From Felis catus (Eukaryota), in assembly GCF_018350175.1 (NCBI RefSeq), contig NC_058383.1:19284001-19348000 (forward strand): 64,000 nt of DNA, read 5' to 3'. The notes below the pieces were generated by a model. It did not search any database and was not told the origin of the DNA. It saw only the letters and a list, made by a program, of their open reading frames with translations. Positions 11,728 through 23,839 of the stretch are shown piece by piece. Made by a program: the position numbers and the translations under genes. Position 1 is the first letter of the stretch. Each line of letters starts with the position of its first letter.

Positions 11728-12590
11728 TCAGAGGCAAGAACTCATTAAAACGGGCATGTTTGGAAACAGAGGCGCGGGGCGGGGCGGGGGGCGCCAGATG
11801 TGGGCAGGGGTGAGCCGGGCGGGCGCGGGAGGCAGCGCCTGGGCTGCTGGGGGCCGCGGTGCGTGGGGCTCCCGCTGCCTTCTGTCTCCTGGAAGCCCAT
11901 CTTGAGTCCGGTCACGTGTGGCTGCGTTTGCAACAAACCGCTGAGCTGGCTCCGGGAGGGTCTGTTTTCTCGGGCCTGGCGTGGCCCTCATCTAAATACC
12001 CGCGGAGAATTGGGTGCGCCCTTCCCTCCCCCCCAGGTCAGGCCAGATGCTTCGCGGGCCAAAGGGGCGGGCCCCAGGTCAAGGAGCACTGTCTCCGGCG
12101 ATCGGCACGGCCTTGACCCCGATCTGTCCTTTCCCCCAACCACAAATGAGCAGCACGGCGCAGGCCCTGAGAGCAGTGTGGGATAATTTCCAGCATGTGT
12201 CTTTGAATCTCTGCCTGGCGCAGGGGTGGTGGAGGGGTGTCGGGATCAGTGGCAGAATCAGCTACTAAGGTCAGACCCTCAGCTTCCCCCACCCCCGCCC
12301 GCCCCCGCCGCCCCCACAAAGACTCTCCAATATCAGGGGGCCCCTTGCACTACAGAAGAAAGCAGTAAGCAGTCAGTGCTGGCCCCAGGCTGCAGGCTCC
12401 GTTTTGCCCCAGGCCCTGGGGCTCGGCCTCCGGCCATCCTCAGAATGTCTCAGAGGATGTCGGGAGTGCAGGGGGGCGGGTCAGGGTACTGCTGGGGCAG
12501 GGGCAGCCCTCTGACTGCACCACGGAAATAATAAAGGTCCTCAAACTCAGTTGCCCAAGGGGCTCAAGCAGACACGAATATTTGAGTCCA

Positions 12591-12790
12591 AGGGCACCTG
12601 GGTGGTTCAGTCGGTTGAGTGTCCGGCTTCGACTCAGGGCATGATCTCAGGGTTCGTGAGTTCAAGCCCCGAGTCGGTCTCTGCCCTCAGCACCGAGCTC
12701 GCTTCAGATCCTCTGTCCCCCTCCCTCTCGGCCCCTCCCCAGCTTGTACTCTCTCAACAACAACAACAACAACAACAACAAACAAACAAA
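12591..12790 (+). mobile_element. Can-SINE with (CAA)n tail
   Basis: Head gggcacctgggtggttcagtcgg; TSD tt(t/c)gagtcca. Confidence 0.93.
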
Positions 12791-13685
12791 CGTTCGAGTC
12801 CAGCTGGGAGAGTGACAGCTGGACAGATGACTTCACACCAAAAGCCAAGTGAAAGACGACGGGAAAACACGTGCTGGCCAAACACCAGATGGCCGTGGGC
12901 GGGTGGGGCCCGGGTCTCAGGGCTGAGAGACCTACGTGTTTCTCCTCTGCAGCGGTGGGGCTGGCCTCCGCTCAGGGGGGGCGGATGCTCGGGGCTCACG
13001 GGGGACGCTGTTGGAAGAGCTCCCCAACAGAGCTGCTGATCCTGTCTCTGTGCTCTGAGGGCCAAATGTACCTCCCAGTCCTCCTGCCCAGTCACGTGGA
13101 GGGGGAGGGGACACTTCCGCCGTCACAGGCGTGCCCCAGGGCCTGCGGCACTCGCATACTCAGGCATGAGGGTGGCGCGGGGCTACAACGACCTGCCCGG
13201 CTGGCCTGTCTCCTCTCCCTCTAGCCGGGTGGGTGAAGGCCACCCCCAGGTCCCCTGGTGACCAGCAGGACCAGTGGGAGGGTCTGAGGTCTGCAAAACT
13301 GAGTCCGCTGAAGAGCTGACAGGCAGATCGGGGGCCAGAGGTCGGGGTCCGGTGCCCGGTGCTCTCAAGGCGGAGCAGACACAGGGAATGAGGCCAGAGG
13401 ATGGGGCTGGGAGGACAGAGGGGGCTGCTGCACGGGCCCTCCAGCGTCCCATGTGGGCGGCCTCTTGTCGCAACTACCCCAAGCGCACCGAGAAAGAACT
13501 TGCCCCGAAGAGTGCCCATCAGAGTGTTAGTTAGCTAGACGTGAGCCTTCCTGACGGCCCTCGGGCATTTTGGTTCGTTGGAGATTCACTCGCCTGGAAC
13601 AAAGACGCGTCACCGAGACCAAGGACACAAAGTCGCCCTGCCCACCCCGGGGGGGGGGGGAGGGGAGGAGTCCCCGCAAACCCAC

Positions 13686-13825
13686 CAGGCCCGGCAGGAT
13701 GGGAGCCAGCCACATGTGCCTGCCATCGCAGGTGTCGTTCACTTGGTCGATGAGCTTGTCGGGCGTCCGGACGTCCCCGCACACGCCCTCCAGGGAGTTC
13801 ACGCTGTCGGGGAAGGCGGCGATAT
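13686..13825 (-). CDS. KATNIP: KATNIP coding exon (~exon 24), 140 nt
   Basis: Acceptor ccccag|AT, donor CTG|gtgggt. Encodes (N)IAAFPDSVNSLEGVCGDVRTPDKLIDQVNDTCDGRHMWLAPILPGL. Confidence 0.95.
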
Positions 13826-15766
13826 CTGGGGAGCCTCTAAGCTGCCATAACCCAACGCAGTGTGCTGGAAGCTGCGTGCCACCCTGGCGGCCACTGGCCT
13901 CGTCACGCTGATGGCGTGGCCCAGGGGACGCTGGGGCTGGCGGGCAGAATGGCCGTCCGCTGCTCTGGGCAGCCGGAAGAGCGACAGCCAAATTAGACAT
14001 GCCAGGGAAAATGAGCACAGAGGCCAACGGGGGTGGGTGTGTGGGGAGGAGGTGACCAGTTTCAAGGAAAGGGGAGGAGCCGCGCAGACAGATGTCGGGG
14101 AAAGAGCAGTCTCACCGGACTGCTGGCGGCAGGAACAGAATTTGTGGCTGACGCTTTGGAGAGTGGAGGACAAACTGCTAAGGTGTTCCTTTCCAAGGGG
14201 ACACGGCCTCGGCATGTGAGGACCAGCCTGAGACTGGACGCAGCGTGGGGGGGGGGAGCCGGGCCCAGCTATGGCCACTCAACTACCGGACATTAGCGCG
14301 GATCTGGACAAACCAGGTCCGGTGCTGGCTCTGCATTCTGACCTGGGGTCTTGGGAAAGTCACAGAGCACCTTGGGGCCTGTTTCCTCATCTGTAAAATG
14401 GGTATAAAAACCTCCACGTCCGGGGCGCCTGGGTGGTCAGTCGGTTAAGCGGCCGACTTCGGCTCAGGTCATGATCTCACGGTTCGTGGGTTCGAGCCCC
14501 GCGTCGGGCTCTGTGCCGACGGCTCAGAGCCTGGAGCCTGCTTTGGATTCTGTCTCCCTCTCTCTCTGACCTTGCTCCACTTGCACTCTCTCGCTCTCTC
14601 TCTCAAAAACAAGTAAATGTTAAAAAAAAAATTAAAAACCTCCACATCCCAGAATTGATGTGAGGCTCTCAGAGAACACTGGATGTGAGCACGCCCGGTA
14701 AAATCAACACAGCCTTACATATCCAAGGACTCACTAACAACAATCAAAACCACCAACAATCATTTGTCAGGTGGGGAGGATGGGGTCACCGCGGGAAGGG
14801 CAGGAAAGTTGGATCAGAAAAGGATCCAACTGGAACCCAGGGAATCCCACATAGGTGCAAGGCAGGCTTTGGGGTTGGAGCTGCTCTGGCTGGTCCCTGT
14901 GGTGGGCCAGGGATCACAGGGCAAAGGCCCAGAGGGGTCAGGCAGGTGATGTCAAAGACACATGACAGCTCAGTGTCAGAGCATGGTTTCTGGAGCCGGA
15001 CTCCCAGGTCCTCACTCCTATGCTGTGTGACCTTGGGCAAGTTACTTAACCTCTCTGTGTCTCAGGTCTTCATTGGCAAAATGGGGCTAACAGCACTCAC
15101 TTCACGAGACCGTTGTGAGGGCAAATCAGGTACCACGGGACAAGCCCTCACTGAGTGAGCCCTCAGTAAACATTAGCAATTCGTCTGGGGGACCTGGCAG
15201 GAAACAATAAGGACATGTTGGGGGAAAGGGGATACCGAGGTCCAGCCATCATTGTGGTGCATGACTGTGGCCTCAAACATTGCTAATTTTTTCAAGGGCT
15301 GCTGAAGAGTGAGGTGTTCCCGTGAAACGCCCTGATCTTTCCAGAACACTAGCAACGAATCCAAAATGTTTAAAAACTCAGTGGGCTAATAGTTTGCAGG
15401 TTCTGGTGCGGGCGTTCCCTGAACAAAGAGGACCATGGTCAATGAATTCACTGGGCTGAACACAGGGCCACAGGCTGCTCCCTGCAGGCCTTGCCAGAGC
15501 CTTTGGGACTCCAAAGTACCTGCGGATCTCCAGGAGGGGGTGCAGTTGGTACCGTCGCCCGAATCCCCGGGGCCACAGGGCTCTCTGTTCTGTGGGACTC
15601 CTGTTACCTTGGGACTCCCAAGAGTCAGCCTCTGACCGTCAGCAGAGTCCCCTGGCATTTTCAGTCCCGGGGTCTGGTCCTTGCAGGGACGTCTCCTCTC
15701 CCGCCCCCGACCCTCCCACGTTCCCTTTGGTCAGGGTGGGGTCCCCCTTCTGCCTAGAAAGGATAC
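13826..15766 (-). other. KATNIP: U12-type GT-AG intron (1941 nt)
   Basis: 5' splice site GTATCCTTTC. The 3' end (ggcagcttagaggctccccag) lacks a U2-type pyrimidine tract and has only a degenerate branch motif. Phase 1. Confidence 0.82.
14422..14632 (+). mobile_element. Can-SINE inserted in a MIR
   Basis: TSD taaaaacctccac(g/a)tcc at 14405-14421 and 14633-14649; MIR core upstream. Confidence 0.95.
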
Positions 15767-15877
15767 TGTTTTCCGACAGAGGGATTTTTTCTCCCCGCTC
15801 ATCATATAGCTCCAGGCCCGTAAGACCGATGTAATAGGGGTCACCCCAGCTGGTCAGGAGCTGGAACTGAAAAATGA
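15767..15877 (-). CDS. KATNIP: KATNIP coding exon (~exon 23), 111 nt, flanked by two U12-type introns
   Basis: Acceptor ccacag|TC, donor AACA|gtatcctttc. Encodes (F)IFQFQLLTSWGDPYYIGLTGLELYDERGEKIPLSEN. Confidence 0.95.
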
Positions 15878-17101
15878 CTGTGGCACATTATTAAGGAAAA
15901 ATAGGCTTAATTTTCTGAGAACAAAGCAAGACAATGGCAAAGATCATATTGGGATAGCTTTATGCAGGTGAAGGGGGGGGGGAATCATTTTTTTCTCGCA
16001 CGGAGACTGAAACCTATCCAAATACGTGTGGCATGAAATTTTCTTTAATGGAAGCCGCGTATGCATGTGTTTCAAGAATTAAAAACTTCCCTCCACGTCC
16101 CAGGAGACAGGAGGACAGGAGGGAGGGAGCTGGCAGGACGGAGGACAATTTGCATCGGAAACCCATCGTGTGGTCGTGCCGAACAAAGTGACCGGGAGTC
16201 AAACTGTCTCGTGCCTCAGTTTCCCTGGTTGTAAAATGACAAAGAACGAAGCACCTGTTCTCTCCTCCATCCACTTCAAGTGTGCAGGGGGTGGGGGTGG
16301 GGGGGATACATGAGCATCAGGAGGGATGGGCCGTGGCAGGGTGACCGACCCACCGTTGCTGACTGAGTCGCACAATGGGGGCACCAAGCCTGTCCTCAGC
16401 CCTGTCCCCAGCCTGCTCCCAGCATTCCAGGGGCGGACAGGGCAGGAAATCAGAGTGGTGGCTTCCGGGCAATATCATAGCCACAGGCAGACCTTCCGGA
16501 AGAACGGACTGGTGGGAGAGCCAGGCTGCTCACATTCACTAACCTGTCTTACTCCTTCCCAGCTATGTGGCCTTGGGCAAGCTACTTAGCCTCTCTGGGC
16601 CTCAGTTTTCTCATCTGTGAAATGGGGGGTGTTAGCAGTTCCACCGCCCGGGGCTGGGGTGAGGCCTGAGTTAACACAGGCAGCCCAGTGTGAACAGGGC
16701 CAGGCCGAGGAAAGGGTCCGGCGACTTTGAGCTATCCTTACTTCTATCTTTACTTCCTCCCTGCCTGGGTCCGAGGACAGCCTCCAGTTCAGGCCCTGCG
16801 GAAAGTTCCAGCTTCTCTGGCCCCTCCCCGCTGGAGTCCTGGGTGCTGCTTCCTGAAACATCAGCCGGCCAGGGCGCGGCATCTGGAACTCGGGTGGCTG
16901 CCCCCACCCCAGCAGCACCCAGTGAGCCCGCGGACCCGCCAACCCTCCCACGGTCCCCCGGGTTTCCCCGCGTGGGGCTCCAGCTCCTGGGCTGCGGCCT
17001 GCCGGGAGCCCCAACGTTGCCAGAGGGGCCGAGCCCTCCCCTGGGGTTCCGGACAGGGCCCCTGAGGGCTTGGGACACGCAGACAGGTGGCGGAAGGATA
17101 C
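15878..17101 (-). other. KATNIP: U12-type GT-AG intron (1224 nt)
   Basis: 5' splice site GTATCCTTCC. Branch sequence TTTTCCTTAAT (15900-15890) lies ~13 nt before the AG, with no polypyrimidine tract in between. Phase 1. Confidence 0.92.
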
Positions 17102-17166
17102 AGCCGCAGGGCATCAGGGGTGCCTCGTAGTCCATGCTTGCCCGCTCCTGGCTTTGAGTGTTGAGC
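17102..17166 (-). CDS. KATNIP: KATNIP coding exon (~exon 22), 65 nt; donor is U12-type
   Basis: Acceptor ttttcag|G, donor GGCT|gtatccttcc. Encodes LNTQSQERASMDYEAPLMPCG. Confidence 0.93.
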
Positions 17167-18690
17167 CTGAAAAAAACCCACAAAACAGCACCAGGAAGCA
17201 GGAGATTGCAACTACCCTGATCGCTGGCCACTTACTCCCCAGGTGACAGACTTTGAAGACGCTGTGGCCGGAGAGGGTTCCCCGATGTAGTGTGTGCCCA
17301 CGTGGAGTCCTGTCTTACTCCGGGAGACTCAGTCACCTCCCAGGCGGCTGCATGGACACTTCCTTCCCCAGGACAGCCCCAGGAGGTGGGTACTCTTACA
17401 GCCCTGGGGTGCGGGTGAGGAAACTGGCACACGGAGAAGTGAAGTCACTCGCTCAGGGCCACACAGCTGGCAGGCGGCCGAAGTGGGAGGTGACCTGAGG
17501 TTGGCCGGTTCCGGAGTCCACACTTAACCACCCAGCTCAGGGATGTACTCAGTAGGTGTCGGCCTGCCCTGATCCTCCTTCCAGCCCCGCCTCACTGCCT
17601 GTTCATGAACAAGGCGAGTCCACACTGTGCTGACAGCTGGGCCAGACCCAGGGTGGGGTGGAGTGCCCGGCTGGGACCGGCTACCCTAGGGGGTGGTCAG
17701 GGACCCGACGCCTGAGCCAAGAAGGAGGCAGCGGCACAGAGTCAGAACTGAACCCTGCAAGCAGAGGGGCAGCCAGAGCAAAGGTCCTGCGGCGGGAGAG
17801 CAACAAGGGGGCCGGGTTGTGGGGCGGGATGGGAGGCAGGCAGGGAGAGGAGGCCTGCGGAAGGTGGGGCGTACCCTGAAGGCTTTGGCTTTGTGATCCT
17901 GAGCAAGTGGCTTCGATAGCAGGGGCCTCAGTTCCCACATCTGTAAAATGGGCACAATAATCCCCACCTCAAAGGGTGGGTGGAAGGATGAATACAAAGC
18001 ATCAGAACAGAGCCGGCACTTGGAAGGGGCTGGGGCGTTTCTCCCGGTCCACAGCCAGTACCCTCCAGCCTTGCTGGTTTTCTTCAATTTCAAGGGCAAT
18101 GTTATAATTAAGTGGCTGTTCCCAATGACCGGCCCAACAAGTGATCCCAGCCACAGCGGAGGGAAACTCATTTTGTTTTGTGAGCTTGGCCTCTGGCATT
18201 TGGACATCAGGGGGTTTCAATGAGTTAACTGAACGTGGCATTTACAAATTGTTACGGGCTTCATGCAGCTGAGACCGGGGCCAAGAAATACCAGCGAACC
18301 CACAAAATGTTAGGCTCTCATTTTCTCTTTGAATCTTTCTAAACTGGGAACTGAGAAACAAGCGAGAGAGAGAAGGCCCTTCCCCAAATTGGCCGGCGGG
18401 CATTTCTGGAACGGAGGCAGGCTGGAACCTCTTTTCCCAGCAGGAAGTGCAACGAAGCATTTAAAATCTCCAGCACTCCAGACTGTGAGAAACCCAAACA
18501 TCCCTAGACAAGGTGGGTACATCCCACAGGCTTCCGGAGAGGCTCGGCTGAGCTTTAGAAAACCGCCAAGTTGAAAAGCAACGCGTTTGATCATCGTTTC
18601 AAAACCTTTAGGTATAAACTTCAGAGCGATGCGGGGAGCCGGCAGCCCTGAGGACAGGGAGGGGACACTCCCGGGCCTTCCCCCACTCAC

Positions 18691-18848
18691 CTCTGGGCCG
18701 GCTGGGGCAGCTGTCGAGCCTGGAGGTGGTCCACAAAGAGAATTTCTTGAGCGAAATCAAAGTGGCAGTTGCCCGGCCCCTTCCGGATGAGGAAGCCCTC
18801 TGGAGGGGAGATGCCCAGGCCGTCCAGGGAGATGTGGACGATTTTGGC
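18691..18848 (-). CDS. KATNIP: KATNIP coding exon (~exon 21), 158 nt
   Basis: Acceptor tgctag|GCC, donor AG|gtgagt. Encodes AKIVHISLDGLGISPPEGFLIRKGPGNCHFDFAQEILFVDHLQARQLPQPAQ(R). Confidence 0.94.
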
Positions 18849-19405
18849 CTAGCAAACAAAAGAAAGCCGCGTGCTCGTGTGCCGTGTGTGTGACGGACGG
18901 CCTTCACGGAGCCCCCACGCCGGACAAACAGCCCGGCCTGGCCTCCCTCTGAGGCCAGAAGCACCGGGCCGGGCCACTTTCTGGTGCCACCCGTACTCTG
19001 TGCCAGGTGCTGTGCTGGGCACTGGGCAGACGGCAGGGGACGAGGGTGGCCCACGAGTTGGGGTGGCGCCTGACCCGGCCCGGGTCCCCACCCACCTCAC
19101 CCGCTGCAGAGCAGCACGGTGGTCACGGGCACTCAGGTGCCCCGACATCGGCGTCAGCACCTGTGCGAGTGACTTAACCTCCCTATGCCTCAACTTGCCT
19201 CCTCTGTTAAGTGGGCTCGATAATGAGTGAACTTGCGTAAAATACCCAGAATGCAGTGCCGGGAAAAAGCGACGTACTCGGTAGGTGTTGGCCTACCCTG
19301 ATCCTTCTTCAAGCCCCGCCTCACAGACCACCACTTCTCCTACGCTGTCCCCAGGACAGAGCGAGCCCCTTCCTGATCTTCCTTCTCATGGCCCTTAGCT
19401 CGTTC

Positions 19406-19620
19406 TTTTTTTTTTTTTTTATGTGATGTTTATTTATTATTTTGAGAGAGAGAGAGAGTGTGAGCAGGGAAGGGGCAGGGGTGGGAGTAGGGACAGAGGA
19501 TCTGAAGCAGGCTCTGTGCTGACAGCAGCAAGCCTGATGTGGGGCTTGAACTCACGAACCAAGAGATCATGGCCTGAGCTGAAGTCGGACGCTTAACCGA
19601 CTGAGCCCCCCAGGCGCCCC
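19406..19620 (-). mobile_element. Can-SINE
   Basis: Poly-T, (GA)n, ends in caggcgcccc; TSD cttagctc...ctttt. Confidence 0.94.
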
Positions 19621-22056
19621 CTTAGCTCATCCTTTTAGGACGTGTACTCAGCGTCCTGAGCGGCTTCTGGGTCTCCCTCTGCGGCAGAGACCCTGGCGAG
19701 GCCCCTATACCTGCTTCAGGGCCTGGTGCATAAGCGGGCGCTTACCAGCTTGCTGAATGGGGTGCATTTGGGCCAACGTGTCCCCCGTTCTAGGACGGAT
19801 TTCACCAGCCAGGTGGCCAGGATCTACCAGTGAATCTCCAAGCCTGAAGGGCAGGGTCTGAGGTGGCTCGGGTCTGCTCCCCTTGGGCAGGGGGGTGCTG
19901 GGTGAGCAGAGGGGTAGTCGACCACACATTTTGGAATCAGGCCCACTTGCGTCGTCCTGGTGAGGAACGTGGGCCCAACTGCAGACCAAACGGGGAGATT
20001 CTCACCTCCAGGGGACGCAGAGGGGCTGTGCGGAAAGAAAGGGGCCCTGCCCTCGGTCTCAGGGATAACTCATGTGCCCCGGGGGCCCTTCATCCCTTCG
20101 GCATTTAGGGAGGCCCCTCATGGCAGCCGGTCACAGGGCACGTAAGCAGGAAGAGTGTAGGGTAAATGGCTTCAGGTATGGCTGGATATGGGGACCCTAG
20201 ACTGTGACTGCAACTCCCCACTTCGCCTTGCTCCCGGCTGATTCAGACCCTGGACCCGGACGTACTGTAACCCGCTGGTCACACGACTGGTCCAGGGACG
20301 TGGACCTAGACCAGAATGACCAGCATGACTCCCGGGGTTCTGCCGGCTCGCCTCCAAAGAGGGGTTCCTTCTTCAGCTGGGCTAGGAGCTGGCAGGAGGC
20401 TGGCGACAGAGCAGAGCAGAGGCCCAGGAAGGCCCTGTCCCTCCTCCAGGGCCACAACCTCCACTAGGAGGTGTCCCTGACTTTCCCAGGCCTCTGTTTA
20501 TTCCCTTGGATGGGACTTCTACTATCACCTCATCTTACAGCCAAGGAAATTAGGAGTTCAGAGAGGCTAAGCAATTCGCCTGAGGACACACTGCAGGGAC
20601 CTTAAGCCCCATCCCCAGCGTGCAAGGCCTGGTTCTAACCACGTGCCAGGGGCCCGTAACGGGAGCGCCCAGAGGGCCTTGGGGGACACCGGCGGCCGAA
20701 GCATTTTCCTGGGGAGGGCATGGTTGCCATCACACTGCCCTCTGGGATCTACCCTTTCAGATTGTGCCCCTCTCTCCAGTCCATGGTGGCCACTTGTCAC
20801 CGGCAATGAGGCTGGTGGCCACGGCCAGGCCTGGGAAGCAGGGGCTCTGGGCCCAGCATTTCCAGGTGGCAAATCCGGGTCATGGAGGCTCGACAGGACA
20901 GACTGGTTCACTCGAGGGAACGTAAAGGCCCAGAGGCACGAGTTGAGCCAGAAGAATGTTTTTTTAACGCCTATATATCTGACTTTTTAAACCCACTGAA
21001 GCTGAGAGCGTGCTCAGGGAGCCACCAGCGTGGCCTGGGAGGATTTGTGAACAGCGCGCTGCTCCAGAAGGCGAGCGCCTGAGGGCTGCTGACTCCACCG
21101 TGGCGACCCCCCACGGTTCTGCCCCAGGGGCCCGCGGAAGTAACTCCGTGGCAGGTGCATGGTGGGGTGCCACACGTGGGGCTCACGGGACCCGAGGCCG
21201 AGGCCTGGCGTGGTCAGCCTTCGTGTGGCAGAGGATGATGGGTACTCTCCCAAGGCAGGTAGCATCCGCCTCCTCACTTTATAGATGGGGAAACTGAGGC
21301 CCAGGGAAAGCAGGCCACTTGCAAAGATCACACAGCTGGTTAGGGTCAGAGCTGGGTTTCAGAATGGGGGCTTGTGACTTTCGGGCCCTGACTGTGTTGC
21401 TGTATTTTCGGTGGCCTTCTCACCATCAGCTCTGTGTTGCAGTGGGAGGGGACAAACGTGTCACAGTCCATAGTCACAGGAGGACAGAAAAGCCCACACA
21501 GCAGCAGAGGCCCCTGTTTTTTCACACCCAGCAGGAGAACCCGGTGTGGAACCGGATTGTGAGCCCCAAGCCCAGCAGACGTGGACTGGGGGCTCCAGCT
21601 GTGTGACCCTGGATGAGTGAATGCACCGTCCTGAACCTCAGTCTAATACCCTGGAAGATGGGGGGTCCTGACACCGGCCTCCCAGAGGCTGGGGCGAGGG
21701 CCCCATGAAATGAATGGGTACAAAACCCTCAGCTCAGGGCCCGGCCCCCAACCCTCAATGAACCGGCAGGCCTCAGTCTACCATTACGGTTGGGGCCTGG
21801 GCCTGCTGGGAACCCCCGAGCCCCCAGAAGAAACAAAGTGTCCCGAGTCTGCCCTGGCCTCTTTAGCCCATATTTGCGCTTTGCAGAAGAAGCCAATGGC
21901 AGTGTGTTCTCTCCCTGGCTGTAACCACCCCCGCCCCCAGCTCCATTTGGAAAGTTCTGGAAGATTTATGCTCCTCTCTGGCAGCCACACCAGCCATTCA
22001 TCAAGGCGCCGTTTCCCTGACAGTGGACTGAGCGCGGCTGCTATTCCCCAGCCTAC

Positions 22057-22222
22057 CCCGCGATAGGTGTCCTCGGGAGATTTATTGTAGTTCCAGAAGC
22101 GCAGGCCCGCGATGCTTTCGGCTCTGTCGAAGCGGATCGTGACCACGTGGTCCAGGCCCGGTGAGAAAGGGATCAGCCACATATGCTCATCCTCCATCGT
22201 GATGTTGGCTCCATCGATTAAC
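22057..22222 (-). CDS. KATNIP: KATNIP coding exon (~exon 20), 166 nt
   Basis: Acceptor tcgcag|G, donor GGG|gtaggc. Encodes LIDGANITMEDEHMWLIPFSPGLDHVVTIRFDRAESIAGLRFWNYNKSPEDTYRG. Confidence 0.95.
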
Positions 22223-22412
22223 CTGCGAATAGTGGGGAGAGCGGTGAGGTGGGGCTTGGCCGTGTCTTCTGGGAGAAATCAGAGCGGGGGTCTACATGTC
22301 CCCCCCCCCCCCCAGCCTCCTGTACCCACTGCACCAGCCTGGCTGTGCACAGTGATAACAGTCGGTGCTGTTAAAGGTGGGGCGAACCAGTCATCAAGGT
22401 TTTTGTCTTTTT

Positions 22413-22625
22413 AATCTTTTTTAACGTTTATTTATTTTTGAGAGTCAGGTGGGGGAGGAGGGGGAGAGAGAGAGAGAGAGAGAGCAGGAGACACAGCATC
22501 CAAAGCAGGCCCCAGGCTCTGAGCTGTCCGCACAGAGCCCGACGCGGGGCTTGAACCCACAAACCACGAGATCAGGACCTGAGTCAAAGTCGGACGCTTC
22601 ACTGACTGAGCCGCTCAGGAGCCCT
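22413..22625 (-). mobile_element. Can-SINE
   Basis: Typical reverse SINE body. Confidence 0.92.
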
Positions 22626-23839
22626 GCCACCAAGGTTTAAAATAAAAGGGGAGAATGTATCATCTCTCTGGACCCTTTAACTCAGGGATTCCATTTCTGG
22701 AACTGTTCTCCTCTCAACCTGCCTGAAGGGCTATCTGCACAAAGATATTCATCATAGTGTTGTTTATTTACAAACCACAAAAAAACCAACGACCACAAAA
22801 ACCCTAAGAGGTCTCAAAACACAAAGGGTCACGTAAATCTGTACACTTGTTACAACGATAATCGTGAGGATGATGCAGTGACGTGGAAGAGGCGGCCACG
22901 GGCACTGATTTTAATGCTGGACAGTGGGGACGGGGACCAGGAGAGATTATGCAGCAGTGAAGCACACATTTGTGTCAGGGGGATGGGAGGTGGATGCCTT
23001 TGTCTATTTTTCCAAACTTTTTGCGAAATGCTGTGGTGGCTCTATGGCACATTTTGAAATAATTTGATTCGTTCTTTCTTGGGCTGGGGAGAGACATACT
23101 AAGGCACCAGGGTGAACTTGGCAGCTCTCGGTGAGGGAAAAGCGCAGGAAGGGGCCGACCTGTGGCCTTAGGAGGGAGCCCCCGGAGCCTTTATGTGCTT
23201 CTTGGCCACTATTCTGAATCAACTGGTCACCTTGCCCGGATTGTACTCCCATCCCGGCCGGTTTCTCGTTTTCCTGCTCAGAACATCCTGCCTCATCGTT
23301 CCCAACTTTGCCTGTGTTTGTCCCAGAGACCATCCTGCCACTGACTGCCCTGGACTGCCCAGCACACCGCAGCCCAGACCCCAGGCCGTCATCCGGTGGC
23401 TCCGGCCTGTGTCTGGCATTGCCACTGAGTGGCCCGGCCCCAGGAACGGGGGCCCAACTCTCAGCTTCTCGGGGAACCCTCTCTCCTCTCCCTCTTATAT
23501 TCCTGGTGACTTCGAGGCTGCTGCCCCGGGAGACATTCCTAGATTTTAAAATAAAACTTTATGTTTTCCTTTTACATTTTAAAGTTCTGGATTTGGAATA
23601 AATCTTACAATCTAAGTGTTCATCCAAGGAGGTAATGTTTCTTTTTTTCTCTAAAAGGCGGTTATTAAATTGATGGATGGCATGTCTTAAAACCGCTGGC
23701 ATCTTAAAACTGAGGAAATTCAGCAATTTCAAACGGAGGTGTTTGCGGAATTAGGCTGACCAGAGAACCTTCTGTTTCCTTCTAAAAGCAATTGCTTCTC
23801 GGTCCTAGAGATGGGCTGCCTCCATAGCAAAACTGCTGC

